NCBI GenBank assembly: GCA_002189035.1
Contig: NEEC01000009.1
Location: 1,364,001 to 1,428,000 of the forward strand
Direction of reading: 5' to 3'
Source: Utricularia gibba
Taxonomy: Eukaryota > Plantae > Magnoliophyta
Length of the DNA: 64,000 bases
How positions within the stretch are numbered: position 1 is the stretch's first letter; the number at the start of each line of letters is the position of its first letter. The notes under the pieces are model-generated. The model had not been told where the DNA came from. It searched no databases and saw only the letters and a list, made by a program, of their open reading frames with translations. Of the stretch, positions 26,482-39,816 are shown piece by piece. The position numbers were made by a program, and so were the translations under genes.

Positions 26482-27758
26482 ATGATGAGGAGGATAAGGG
26501 TGGGATATGTTTGCTTGATTTGTTTCTATGTTGTTGCAGCAAGTGTTGCGTCTGCTCGGGAACTGAGGGATGATGGTGAGAGTCCTCTGGAGAAGAGGAG
26601 GAATGTTGGTGTCGGTGGAATTGCTGGTGGTCGTGAAGGGCAGGGCGAAGGGGAGGATGGAGATGCTGGGATTGGGGGCCGTGGCAAGGGTAGTGGAGGG
26701 GATGGGATGATTGGTAGAGGTGATGTCATGGGTGATGGAGACGATGGGAGCAGTGGAATCGGTGACGGGGTTGGCAAGAGTGATGGAGATGTTGGGAGCA
26801 CTGGAGCGGTGAACGGTGATGGAGACAGTGGGAGCAGTGTAATCGGTGATACTGGTGGCAAGGGCATCGGGGATGGTGGCAGCACTGGAGTCGGCGACGG
26901 TGGTGATAATGGAGCCGGTGACAGACTTGGCAAGGGTGATGGAGACAGTGGGGGCAGTGGAATCGGTGACACTGGTGGCAAGGGCAGGGGAGATGGTGGG
27001 AGCACTGAAGTCGGCGACGGCTCTGGCAAGGGTGATGGAGAGAGTGGGAGCACTGGAGCCGGTGACAGACTTGGCAAGGGTGATGGAGACAGTGGGGCAG
27101 TGGAATCGGTGACGGACTTGGCAAGGGTGATGGAAACGGTGGGGGCAGTGGAATCGGTGACACTGGTGGCAAGGGCAGCGGAGATGGTGGGAGCACTGGA
27201 GTCGGCGACGGCGTTGGCAAGGGTGATGGAGAGGGTGGGAACACTGGAGCCGGTGACGGCGATGGTAATGGCAATACAGACGTTGGGAGTCATGGGGCTG
27301 GCAGTGGAAAAGGAAAAGGCGATGACGACACTGGGAGTAGTGCCGGAGGCTCTGGTAAAGGTGGTATCGCCGGGGGCGGAGGCGCAGTTGGAATTGGAAA
27401 GGGTTCAGGAGGCGGAAGCATTGCCGCGGGAGGCTTCGGCGGAGGAGGTGTCATCGGTGGCGGAAGTGGTGGCAAGAGCTTTAGAAAAGCGGGTGTCATC
27501 CATGGCGGCGGCACCGTTGGAGGGTACGGCGAAGGCGGCGCCGCCGGAAGTGGAGGAGCATACGGAAAAGGTAGCGGTTATGGATGGAGCAGCGTGGGAG
27601 GAAAAGGGCAGAGTGGTAGTGATGGCTTCGGAATGGGTGATGCTTTTGGTAACGGCGGTGTATTCGGAGGATCTTTTGGGAATGACTGGGGTTCAAGTGG
27701 TGGCATCGGCGGAGTCCCCCGCGGCGGTGCTATCGGAGGAATCATACCTTTTCCTTAA
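26482..27758 (+). CDS. Secreted glycine-rich cell-wall-type protein with G/D/S/K repeats; apparent -1 frameshift at 27094-27097
   Basis: Signal peptide (GYVCLICFYVVAASVASARE) followed by GDG/GKG/GST repeats. After the G-run the Gly-rich pattern continues in the shifted frame to ...GGIIPFP* at 27756-27758. Confidence 0.8.
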
Positions 27759-27839
27759 TACTTCATGGTTTGTATCCATTCATCAAAACCAAGCATCTTT
27801 TTACAGTATCACACACCAAAGCTCAAAACATTGATATGC

Positions 27840-29299
27840 TCATTCTGAGCTACTTGACAGAACCTTGGAAATAGCTCTGATGGTGGTGGGCGTGGTTCTG
27901 CAGCAACCTCCGACGAGCGACGCCCCGGCCTCGTGCCATTTTTCGACATACGACACAAAGTCGACATCGTCTCCGGCGGATTCCTATTCAGTATAGCGAA
28001 CAAGAGAGCACACATAGAGAAGCTATATTAACATCGTATCTAACCACTGAATCACTCACCATCCATTGCTTTGTGTGCCCATCGTATGTCTCTCCACTGT
28101 TGGGATACACCAAAATTGGCTTCTTTGTGACCTGCAATGAGAGCAAGGGCCGGAGCATCATTCACCCCAGCCACAAAGCATAACAGCGCACCGGTTGCTA
28201 TGCTAACAAGGAGCTGGGAATAGAAATGTCACAGTTTTGATTGATCGAATCAACCCATCCGAGAATCTTGGCGCTGTGCAATTGATTCCGATTCCGACAA
28301 CACGGTGGCATGAATCAGCAACCAGTGCACAGTCTTCAATCGAGTCGCCGCCCACCACATGCACCCCGTCCCCTGAAGTGAACGAAAACCAAGCGGAAAC
28401 GCCCTCCATTCCTTCCTCCTCCAGAAGCTCTGCATACGCCTGTGACAAATCAGTTGCTTTTCAGAAGCCATTGACGATCATATATCAAAGGAAAATAGAC
28501 CACTACCTCAGCTTCTAGTTTATTGGGAATGGTCTCGAAAGCAATCAAATCAGCACCAGAAGCAGCCAGGATTTGAACTCTTCTTCGGTGAAAGTCCTTC
28601 AGATAATTTTTCCCGATACCATCTCCGTAATTCCCGCTGCAGTAGCAAACGCCACACTTCAACATTGTATTGGAAATCATCAGAACAAAAGGCGGAAGCG
28701 AACCTGTACTCAGAGCCGTCGGCGAGGAAAGCTCCATAGCTTCCAATCGAAGCGGCAACCAAAACAGGCTGCAGTTTCTTAAGCGGTAGAGACGAAGCTC
28801 CATTGTCGTAAAAGAGATCACGAGCATCGCAAGCCAACTTCACGCTTTTTCTGAGAAGGGATTCTCCTTCTTCCCCTGAAATCCCTTGTAGCTGAAATCC
28901 TTGGAGCGTTGCCTGGATCCAAAAACGATCTCTCAATCGAAGAAACCCAATTGTATCAATACGCTATTCATCTGAAACTCGATTACCTGATAGGAAGCAG
29001 ATATGATGATATTCGCCCCTGCTTCTAGGTAATCAAGGTGCACCTGTTGACAGAAACGAATTTCGGTGTTGTCCGTACATTTTGTTACGGAGATGAAGAG
29101 GGAGAGCGATTGTTCTTACTCTTGTGATGAGGCTGGGCGACTCTATGAGGCACTTGGCACTCCACAGAGGATCATTGAGATCAGCTCCATGCCTTTCGAG
29201 CTCCGTCGCGAGTCCGCCGTCGATGATCGCGCAGCCTCCGCATTCACGGATGAAATTCGAAAAGAAATCAGAAGGGGGATGACCGGAGCTTCGTACCAT
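27840..29299 (-). CDS. HMT: Homocysteine S-methyltransferase, 7 exons
   Basis: [75 protein letters not shown] and the Zn-binding VGGCCRTTP; stop at 27842-27840. Confidence 0.95.
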
Positions 29300-31770
29300 C
29301 TTTTCCCCGTGATTTGCGTGCTCCGGCGGTTGAAGCGGTGGACAAGATACAGTAGTAGTGTTGTGAAGCAAGCAAACTCGTACTGGCTGGCTGAACAGAA
29401 AAGCACGAGTCTATATATATACACACAAACACGTTCCTCTTTCACTTACGCCACGAATTACGAATGCATCTGGACGGAAATCAGCTACCAGTTCAAGGCG
29501 GACACCCCAATGCACATCATCAACCTAAGCCGAATGTTTTCATCGCAATCAAATTACGTGAATGAAATACAAAACACCTATTTAAAACGTGTTTAAAACC
29601 CCCCGAAATTCATTATACGAACAATATGAAATATTCTAATAATCTGCAAAAACAGGAACAATAATTGAGAATTTTATTAAATAAATATAAGAAGGTACTT
29701 TTTCGTGACGTGTACCCTTCACACAGGTACATTAATTATCGACGCATCTCGTTACGGGATGGATGTACCGCCAACACCGAGCATCAATAATGCATGTAAC
29801 ATGCACGTCCCCCGCGTGACACCATAAAGCCCTCCACTCTTTTTTTCCAACACCTTCCTACTCGATGCGTCCAGCCTTTTTTGTACATTTATTTAATTTC
29901 ATCAATTATAAATATGAAACTTTTTTTAACCTTTTTTCAAAACTATTTTATGTCATTGATTTGTTTATTTAAAAAACGATTTAAAATCAGACAAAAATAA
30001 TTTTATTCAACATAAAATAGTTAATGAAAATTCTGATATACCCCTGGGTCTAGTAGTAGGGTTAGTCAAACAATTAGTACCACCTTTTTTTTTAGATTTG
30101 GTCTTTATTTCAAAGGTGTTAGTCACTGTTCTACTCACACTTTCACTTCCACATTCTTTTAGTTCTAGTGTACGGATGGGAAATGTGACACCTTGAAATT
30201 AGCTGACTATGCGTCAATGGAAGAGATTGTTGTAGTAATAAGAAGGAAATGATTGTACGGAGTGTGCCCATTTTATTTACATGCCCTGTAAATAATTTTA
30301 TTACATTTTGGTAGAAGAGCAGAGGGAGGGAGAGGCGAGGCGGCACTCTGTGCGTGCGTCCACGAAATAATTGAGGTTAGGTTTTAGGTTAGGGTTCGGA
30401 CTCATAAAAACGGCGTCGTTTTGTGTGGGGAAGGGGGTCCATTTCTAAAAGCAGAATTGGGGTGGGGTGGGGGGGGATGGGGCACGCCAGGGGGAAAACG
30501 TAACGACATCTTTTTTCAAATTCAGGAGCGCGCCAAGAAAACAGAGGGGACCACCGCTATCAGAAAAATATGAGCCTTTTTTTTTATTTTCGGAATTTTT
30601 TTTAATTCCAAAAATAATAAAATTATCATTATCTAAAAATGATAATTTAGAACTAGGACAAGAAAACAAAATTAAGATTTTAAATCAATATATTATGTAA
30701 AATAACCACATTTATTTTTTAATTATATTATTCATTTTAGATATTAAACCATTTACGCAATATCAATGATAACGTAAAATCATAAATATTCATTTAATAA
30801 GATATTTTAATTTATCCAATGTTAAATTAAAAGTTATATTAAGTTATACAGGAATTAATGGTTTGAAAAATATGAGTATGTTTTTATAGATAGCATTATT
30901 TAAAAAAATATTATTTATCATGTGTTTCGTAAAAAGTTTTATAATTTTATTTATGTAAATATTATTAAAATGTACCTCAAAATAATTAAAAGAAAACCTA
31001 TTGAAATAACAATAGAAAGAGTGTATTTTACCATAGTTTCATTAACAAAATTCATCTTCTCTTATCCATGAGTTTTGTCTTTCATTATTTAAATAAAAAT
31101 TTAATTGATATCTAATTGTTAATATTAACTATCAATATTTATAAAAATATGTAATTAAATATGACTATTTTAATATAAAAAATATTTCATGTCACAACAA
31201 AAAGTGGACAATAGTGTGTGAAAGAATCAAGGTGTAGATCTAAGTTTATTTTGTTTAAAAACATGTTTTTTTCTGGAAAATAAAATGTTAATTTATGTGG
31301 GGTAAAAGATGAAAAAAAAGAATCTTTGATGGGGTAATAAAAATAACATTATTTATTAATCTAAGGGGTCTAAAAGAATTTCTTTAAAAGGGAAGGACAA
31401 TTCAGTCAGGATCGATTTATTACCAGGCATTCTGATTCCTTTTATTTTCTCTCTCCGGGTTTCCCTCCCAAACTCTTTTTTTTTTTTCCAACGAACATAT
31501 TACCTTTGGCTTCTTTGATTGATTTTTTTTTTCTTGCAAGCTGCAACAACTCTCTGTAATAATGTGTGTGTGAGGGGAGTGGGTGCTTCTTTGTTTCCAG
31601 TGGGGTCTCTTCTTTTGTCAGAGCTTGAAAGGAGAAAATGTGGGTGTGGCTTCTTTAATTTATCATCACTGCACTTCACACTCGTTGTTCCCGCTTCTTC
31701 TTGAAGCCCATATGCGGTGAAATTCGGGATCTTGTCTTGTGGGTGTGAAGTTTTGAGGTTCGCAAGGGAG

Positions 31771-34700
31771 ATGGTGGAGGAGGGGGCGGAGGGTTCTGTA
31801 AGGGAGAGCGACAATGACACGGCAGAAGTGTTGGAGACTCCGAATCGTCGAAGCAACAACCATATCGCTGCGCCCATCGGCAAAATTGAGGTTTGATTTG
31901 GTTTCTTCGCAGAATGTGCACCCCCGTTATATGGGTTTCTTAAGAATCTCTTATTCTCTTTTTTTGGGGGAGATGAGTGGCCTGCTGATTGTTGGTACTG
32001 CACCTTCCTCTGTTTCTTGAAATTTGGGCTCATGGGATCTTCTTTTTTTTTTCTTCTTAATTGTCCTGGTTTTCTAATTCGCTGCGGCGAGCTTATTTCC
32101 AGCAGAAAACTTGGTTCAACCTGACTCTAATCATGGTTAATTTTGATTTTTGTTGCTTGTGGAAAATTGAGTCTTGGATGCCCAAGGTTAGTCTTTGTGA
32201 AGATAGCTTAGATTTCTGCAGTGAAGTGAATTAGCTGGATGTGTTTATAGACTTCGCGTGCTTCTGTTGTATGCGTCAAATTGAGAAATGCAGTGAAGTT
32301 CTTTATTGTTTTATTCGATTCGTTATCCAATGGACTGGTGTTATGGTTCCTAGGGCACTGCTATTTCACGAAGTGCAGTTATGCCGAGCCCATTGTTTAC
32401 TGGTTTTTGACAATCCTGTATTTGCAGGATTCACCAGTCTTCAACTTTCTCAACAGTTTGTCTCCTATCAAACCTGTTAAGTCCATACGCATTTCTCAGA
32501 CGATAAACCCATTAAACCTTGCGTCACTTCCATCGATTTTCACTTCACCACATGTGAATTCTCCCAGGGATTATAAAATCCTTCGAAGGTAACAAGATTT
32601 ATTCATTTCTACAAGTTGTGTCGTCAATGGTCAGCATTGTTTCTTAAAAGCTGTCGTCTTGCAGGCATCAGCTCCCTGATCCATCAAAACCTGAATTTGC
32701 TTCAGATCATGGGAACAAAGCCGGAGAAAGATCAGTGAATGATGATGGTATTAAGCAGATGGATGCACAAGAGGAGAACCCTAAGGTTACAGAAACTCAT
32801 GGGGATTTGGCTGGTGAAACATCTTTTGATGGTTTGCAGTTTGTCGTAGATTACTCAGAAGATCCGAGTGACAATAGCACTAGTCCTAGGCCCATCTCTG
32901 TTCTTGAAGCCGTAAGGGAGGCAGATATTGCCAGCAGCTCTACAAAGCTTATTTCATGTGATACAAGTTCCCCACCGTCTGTCCCATATGCAAGTGATGT
33001 GGTTTTGGAAGGGGAAAACCTGATTAATCAAAATAGTCAAGTCCTGAACTGTGAATGGGATAGGCTACTTTCAGATTCGTTGATTTTTGAGTCACCTAAT
33101 GACCGAGATTCTTACACGAAATCAATGGATCCTGGGTCGAGTTTGTACATAAAGGTTGAGGATGAGATAAATAACATTCAGTCTCTTTGCTCAGCGGATT
33201 CCACTGAGCAACTTGGCGAGGATAGTGAGCCTGGACCAGGAAATGAGATTGCTGAGGCTTATATTGATCCTGGTGAAAAGCTGGATTACGAGGTAAAACG
33301 TGAATATGTTGTTCTAATAATGCAAATCATGGATTTTTTCTTCTTTTCTTACCCATTATGGATTCCCTATCAATGTGAAACAAGTTGCCACTAACGTGGA
33401 TTTATATCGCTTGAAAAAATGCTTATCTGGCTTCTACTCTGTTCATTTCTCAGCAGGTGTTTGGTTTATACCGCGGTATGAGACGGCGTTGTCTGGTTTT
33501 TGAGATGGGTGGTGGACGTAAAAAACAACTGGAAGAGAGTCTTGGATCTGAATCATCTTCAATGTTGCACCCTGAAGGCAATGACTTCTACATGGATCAG
33601 AATCCAGTTCCCACCAAGAGAGAAAGTATTTCAGCATGTCGTGCGTTGCCAGGAATTGGGTTGCATCTAAATTCTCTTGCAGCTACGTCCAAGGACTACA
33701 GAATCATCAGCCATGATTCTTCAGCTTCTGGAAGGCTATTGATAGGTCCCGGCCCATCAGTTAATTTTCATTCATCTGTAAGTAACGAGGTTCATTGTGC
33801 CGTAGAAACGGAGAATGCTATGATCCCTTTAGATGACGGTTTCCAGGCGTCGGAATACATGGAAACTGATGATACGAATCAGACTAGTCCAAAGAAGAAG
33901 AGGTGTCTATTCCTCATCACTTGCTATTCTCTACGTAGTCTCTCATTTGATGTTTCTAATCTGTTGTGGTATTAAGGCGTAGGGCAGAAGCATCTGGGGA
34001 TGTTGATGGCTGTAAGCGTTGCAACTGCAAGAAGTCAAAATGCCTGAAGCTGTATGTTCATTGATCCTTCTGCAAATTCGCTGCTTATAACATATGCATA
34101 TGATGATGATCTTTTATCCGGGTGCAGATACTGCGAATGCTTTGCAGCTGGTGTTTACTGTGTCGAGCTCTGTGCCTGTGTAGATTGCTTCAACAAGCCT
34201 GTCCATGAAGACACGGTTCTCGCAACACGGAAACAAATAGAATCAAGAAATCCTCTTGCTTTTGCTCCGAAAGTGATTCGAGGATCTGATCAACTCTCTG
34301 AAGCTGGGGTAAGAAGCTGGCTTTGGAATCCTTGAAGCCCCCCTGTTTATTTAACTCATCTGCGTGTTACCACAGGATGACTCCAGCAAGACGCCAGCTT
34401 CTGCTCGACATAAACGTGGATGCAACTGCAAAAAATCTGGCTGCTTGAAGAAATACTGTGAATGCTACCAGGTTTCTTTCCTTTGTATTTTTCCCCATTG
34501 TGCTTTATTTTAGCTCGAAAAAAACTGATGGAAAAACTTGGAGTGTCTCGTAGGGTGGCGTGGGGTGCTCTGTAAACTGCAGATGTGAAGGTTGCAAGAA
34601 TGCATTTGGTCGGAAGGATGGTGAGTTTTTTTCCATAAACTTGCCAAAGTAGTCACTGTGCAGTGGAAGCCGCTTACGTATTCCTTTCACAGGCATGGAA

Positions 34701-35200
34701 GCTGATATCGAAGATGATGAGTCGATGGATGCAACCGAGAAGCTGGTTGAAAAGGATCTTGATTCTGCTGCTGCTGCTGCTGCTGTTCCTGCAACGCCTC
34801 TACAGGGAACAGCCACAAGGCATGAAATCCATTAACATATCAGCAGAGGAAGAAGCATTCATCTATCGTTCCTTTTTTTCTGACTTCAAATGCTTCTACT
34901 CACAGGCAAGCACTGCAGCAGCACCATTTGTCCTCCAAGAAGAAGCCCCCCAGAGGAGCTGCAGCATCCCTGAGCGTGCTTGGTAAACGAAGCCTCCACC
35001 CCCCAGCCAAGCTTGCTCAGCATCTGGAAACTGTGAAAGAAAACGAAATGCCCGATGTTCTCGAAGAATCATCGTCGCCCAGTTGCGTCGTCAAGTCATC
35101 ATCTCCCAACGGGAAGAGGGTCTCCCCTCCTCACAGGAGCAGCAGGAAGTTGATACTCCGATCCATACCGTCATTTCCCTCGCTCACTCAAAACCAATGA
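31771..35200 (+). CDS. Tesmin/TSO1-like CXC-hinge-CXC protein (TSO1/SOL/TCX2 clade), about 10 exons
   Basis: [65 protein letters not shown] and [22 protein letters not shown]. The start codon is inferred. Confidence 0.9.
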
Positions 35201-35806
35201 AGCAATTTTCCGCCCCAGAAAAGAGAGGTATCGGCTGTTGTTGGATGCGTCATTGTATCTGTAGGTATGTTGTATCTTGGAATACGCAAACGAAACATTT
35301 CACCCAACGCCCACCCATGAATCTAGTGCTTTCAGAGTGTGTGGGTGATGAAATGGGCAGACCCAAAATCCAATCACATGTTTGAACGAGCAATTGAAGC
35401 GCCGTCGCGGAACAACGGAACCGCCACGAAGTCCGGTCTCCGCCGTGGGGAAGTTTCAGGCAAGGAGCCGACGCCAATTGTGGGTGCAGCTGGTTGTTCA
35501 TGAAGTCATCAGTAAAATGCAATTCCGAAAACATGATTAGAAGCCCTAATCTCATGATTAATATTAGTGGGCCAAAAGAAGAAAACATGAGGGACTTTTG
35601 TGGGCCACACGGTAGGCCCATTGGATCAGCCGTACTAATGCGATCGATTGCCATCTGCTGCTCAACAAAAGCTGGGTAGTTGGAACAAGCAACTAGCAAA
35701 GCAAGCGAAGATTCATCAGGAACCCTAGGATCTGAATCCTACTGAATCTGCTGGGCAAGAGGACGCAGGTTATTCTGGAAAGAATGGGGAGTCTGAGAAG
35801 GAAGGA

Positions 35807-37599
35807 ATGGAGATTTCATTGAAGGACCAGGGCAACGAATTTTTCAAGGCAGGGAACTATCTCAAGGCAGCTGCTCTGTATACTCAAGCAATTAAAAAAG
35901 ATCCATCAAATCACACCCTGTACAGGTATGTGTGATGACCCAACTTATGCTTCTTGTACATTATGTAACTCTGGTTAATTCAGGTTGGTTTTGAATGGCG
36001 TTTGTGTCTGTGCTTTTCATTTTGTTTTCTGTGTCGTCTTTTATCCGCTTGTTTGTGAATTAGCTGCTTTCGTATTTTATGGGCATGGAGTTGGTTATTC
36101 TTCTGACGATTTCGATTTCATTTTCACCAGCAACCGTGCTGCAGCTTTTTTGCATCTTGTAAAACTCAATAAAGCACTTGCCGATGCGGAGACGACCATC
36201 ACTCTGAAACCAGATTGGGAAAAGGTATGCATCCTTATTGAATATAATTAAAAATTTTACCAGTCTCCGCTTATCTTTGTATGCAGAGCTTTTTGGATTG
36301 TTTGTGCAGGGTTATTTCAGGAAAGGATGTGTTTTGGAGGCCATGGAACGATATGAAGATGTATGAGATTATATTGACTTGGGCTGAAGTTTCACCTGTT
36401 GATTATCTTCAGTCCATTGAATTTAGATATTCTTGCTGCAGGCTTTAGATGCTTTCCAAGTTTCCTTGAAGTATAATGCACAAAGTTCGGAGGTGGCGAA
36501 AAAAATCAAGAAGCTTACACAGCTGGCAAAAGATAAAAGGAGAGCAGAAGAAATTGAGACTATGAGATCAAATGTTGATGTGCCCAAAAACTTGGACTCG
36601 CTCAAAACTGAATTGGTGAGCTAATTTTCATCTTTTTAATGGGTCATTCATGTCCTATTCTATTTGATTTTATATGTATTCTTGTTGCTTGTGTTCTTCG
36701 TTCGACTTTTCAAATTTTTTATGTTATCTACACGGTGTACTGTATTTCCGCACTCACCTTTTTGTTTTTCTTTGTAGTACGGAAAATATAAGGATGAAAA
36801 TAGCTCAAATAGGATCTTTTCTTTCATCACTGAAACGATAGAGAACGCTATAAAAGCATGGCATCAGAATTCCACTGTGGAACCTAGAGTTCATTTCCTG
36901 CTCGTTGATAAGACAGACACTGAGAAGTATGCTCCTGCTGTCAATATTGAGAAGGTGTTTTCCTATTCCCTCTGGATGTATATGAGTCCACGAAATCATT
37001 TTTTCCTTCACGGCTTTTCTTTATGGAGGTCGATCTAGCTTATGAATTTTGATGCTTCTGGAAATGTCAGGCCTTTGAATCTCCAGAAACACACAGCAAT
37101 TGCTTTACCTTTCTCAGGCAGTATGCTGAAGATTCTTTCTCTGAAGCTGCCTGCTTAGTGGCTCCCAAAAGCAAAATATCCTATCCTCAGGTATATCTGG
37201 TTTCTGCAACCCGGAAGATTGTTTTATCTCGCAAGTGATATGATGGAGTCAGTTTACACTGTTGCGGATTCTGAACCAAGGCCCTCTTCTTAAAATTATC
37301 TCGATACATGTGGATATAGGTGTGGAAGGGACAAGGGTCTAGAAAATGGAAGCATGGGCAAAGTGATGGATTCTTTTTTCAATTGGAATCACCTGCCGTG
37401 CGTAAAATCTGGTTTGTTCCAAGCACTAGTGAGAAGGGCCAGACTCTCTGCAGGTATAATCCTCTGCATCTTTTTTATCCTGCGCGATTTGTTCAGTTGT
37501 TCACTATCGTATTCTGCCTTATCAACCAAATATATGACCAGGGAACCTGTTTTGCTGGACATCGGCGCGCATGAAGTGCTCCCTCGTCTATTCAAATAA
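35807..37599 (+). CDS. TPR-repeat protein (STI1/HOP-like TPR at the N-terminus; plant TPR3-like), 8 exons
   Basis: LKDQGNEFFKAGNYLKAAALYTQAIKKDPSN...SNRAAAFL...WEKGYFRKG, C-terminus DIGAHEVLPRLFK*. 35807 is the first in-frame ATG after a TAG at 35726. Confidence 0.9.
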
Positions 37600-38526
37600 G
37601 GGTAGAATACAAGCCATCCTGTCACCGTTTTGGACATAAACTTTCAAGGAGGCGGCATCAGAAACAGACTGTAACCACTTCAAGAGCACAGAAATCTTTT
37701 CAAGAAGAATGCATCAAGTGAAAGATGCTGAACTTGGAGGTACGTGTCCTGGATCACAAGAGGTTCTCTCGCAACTGATGCATCCTGGGGAGCATGTGTT
37801 CCTACAGATATGACACTTTTTTCCTCCCCTTTTTTTGGTAGACCTGCAGTGCTCTTTTGGTTTCCCTTATGTATCATTAGCTGCTTGCATGTGATTTGGA
37901 ATCTGTATCTATTTGTCTATCTATCCCCAGAAACATGAACTTTGTGGAAATCTGTTTCGTTTGAATGCCTCATGCCTCCCAAGAAAGAAGCATTTTCGTT
38001 TTTCAACTTTGCCATCGCATGCTTCCAACAAATTCTTCCTGCGTTGAAAAACAGGAATGCAAGTAAAAAAATGGTTTTCAAATGGAGTAGAGGATCCCAA
38101 TTAATTAATGCCGGTCTGCGCTACCCATTAACAGCGTTGCTTTAATGTCATGTGTTTGCATTACCTTAATTAATTACTTTTTTGGGATTAGGGAATCTCA
38201 ACCATCCCGTTGTCTGCATTATTGACTCTTGTTTGTGTGTGTGCGTCTCTCTGTCTGTAAATAAAAATGTGTGCGTATCATCGCCCCATGTTTCCGTGAC
38301 GTGTCATCACGTGGTTGGCGGTTAATGTTTCGGTAAGAACTTGGACATAATCGCAGGTACCGTCTCTCCTGTTAACTGCCAACCGTATTAATTACTTCCT
38401 CACATTCCACGATCGCAATTAATGCTAAACTTTGACTCCCAGATTACCCAAAAACACGTTTTGTCTACTTTTTCTTCTTCTTCTTCTTCCTTTCGACATC
38501 TCCACACAGACACATAACACACATAC

Positions 38527-39539
38527 ATGGCTACCTTCTGGTACTCTGCTGTGTACCTAGTTTTGTTGGCATCCGTCTCCTATACCGCCACCGCTGCCGA
38601 TTCTTTGTTCCCATTTCTTCCTCCTTTCTCTGGTTCATCACTTGCTGTTGCTCACCTTTTTTTGGATTTGAATGAAATGCGGCTTCTGAAAATTTGAATC
38701 TTTACTCCTTTATGTGTAGGGAACAATGATAGCGTATGCCCCCAAAGTGTGTGTGGAAGAGGTAATTGCGTAGCTTCCAACAGCAGCATAGTTGGATTTG
38801 TTTGCCACTGTGATCCTGGGTGGACTCAGCCTTTTGAAAATGGCCCGTGCATCATTCCAAATTGTTAGTCGCGTGCTCCGTAAGCTCCTCTGATTATGAT
38901 TAATCAGAAGCTAACTTTTTGGTTTGTGATTTCCCAGGTACGCTGAACTTCAACTGCGGCAGTCCACCGGCACCGGCGCCGCCGCCGACCGATAGAAACA
39001 AACCCAATTCTTCGTTTTTCGATCGTAAGAACAATGAGCCCTGAAATTAAGCGAACTCCAAAAGCTGTGCAAGTTTGTTTTTTTATGACGTTTTGGATGA
39101 TCTCAGCGTGCCACTGGATTAGTTGTGGAGGAGGAACGTGCAACTCTACATCACTTTTCACACACAACTGTGAATGTGGCGAGGGATATCACAACTTGTT
39201 CAATTCCTCAGCCTTTCCATGTTACAAAGAATGTAAGAATCCAAGATTTGCAAAAGTTGAACATGGAAAACACATTCCAATCTTGTTTCTGCTGTAGGTT
39301 CATTTGGCCTCGGCTGTGACAATCTGGGAATCAACCCCACGAACTCATCGATCCATAGCCCCCCTTCGAGGGCCACCTCATATGGTAATGTAACTCTGAC
39401 TGAATCTTGTTTTCCTCCTGTTTACTACAATAGGTTTGCTGGTTGTTTTGCAGCATTAAGACTGGAGAAAAGAACGATGTTGGAGTTGCTGATCACTTGG
39501 ATGCCGTCTCTGGCTCTGATGCTCCTATTTTGCACTTAG
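38527..39539 (+). CDS. Small secreted Cys-rich EGF-like protein with a hydrophobic, GPI-anchor-like C-terminus, 6 exons
   Basis: Signal peptide, CPQSVCGRGNC...CHCDPGW and PCHWISCGGGTC...CECGEGY...PCYKEC. All splice phases are consistent; stop at 39537-39539. Confidence 0.85.
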
Positions 39540-39816
39540 ATGAGATGTTTCTGCATCATTTTTCCCATGGCTGTTGACATTGGATACAAAAAGTAGTGCA
39601 CTTCGGTTTGCTACATTATCAGTTGATTGTAAAAATGAATAAAGCTGCGTTTTTTTTCCATTTCCTACATGGTATACAGGTAACCAGTAAACGAGAAAGC
39701 AATAATCTCAAACTCATATTTCCTGCTTCCAGTTCCTCCAAAGATGCCCCTGTAACAAAATGAAATCGAAAGCTGACAACTTTTTATTCATTCTGGTTAT
39801 TCATTGAATAGTAATA

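Noticed and set aside
26526-27514. Long Pro/Ser-rich extensin-like ORFs on the minus strand
   Set aside because: They are the antisense shadow of GGN codons. The plus strand has the signal peptide and coherent gene structure.
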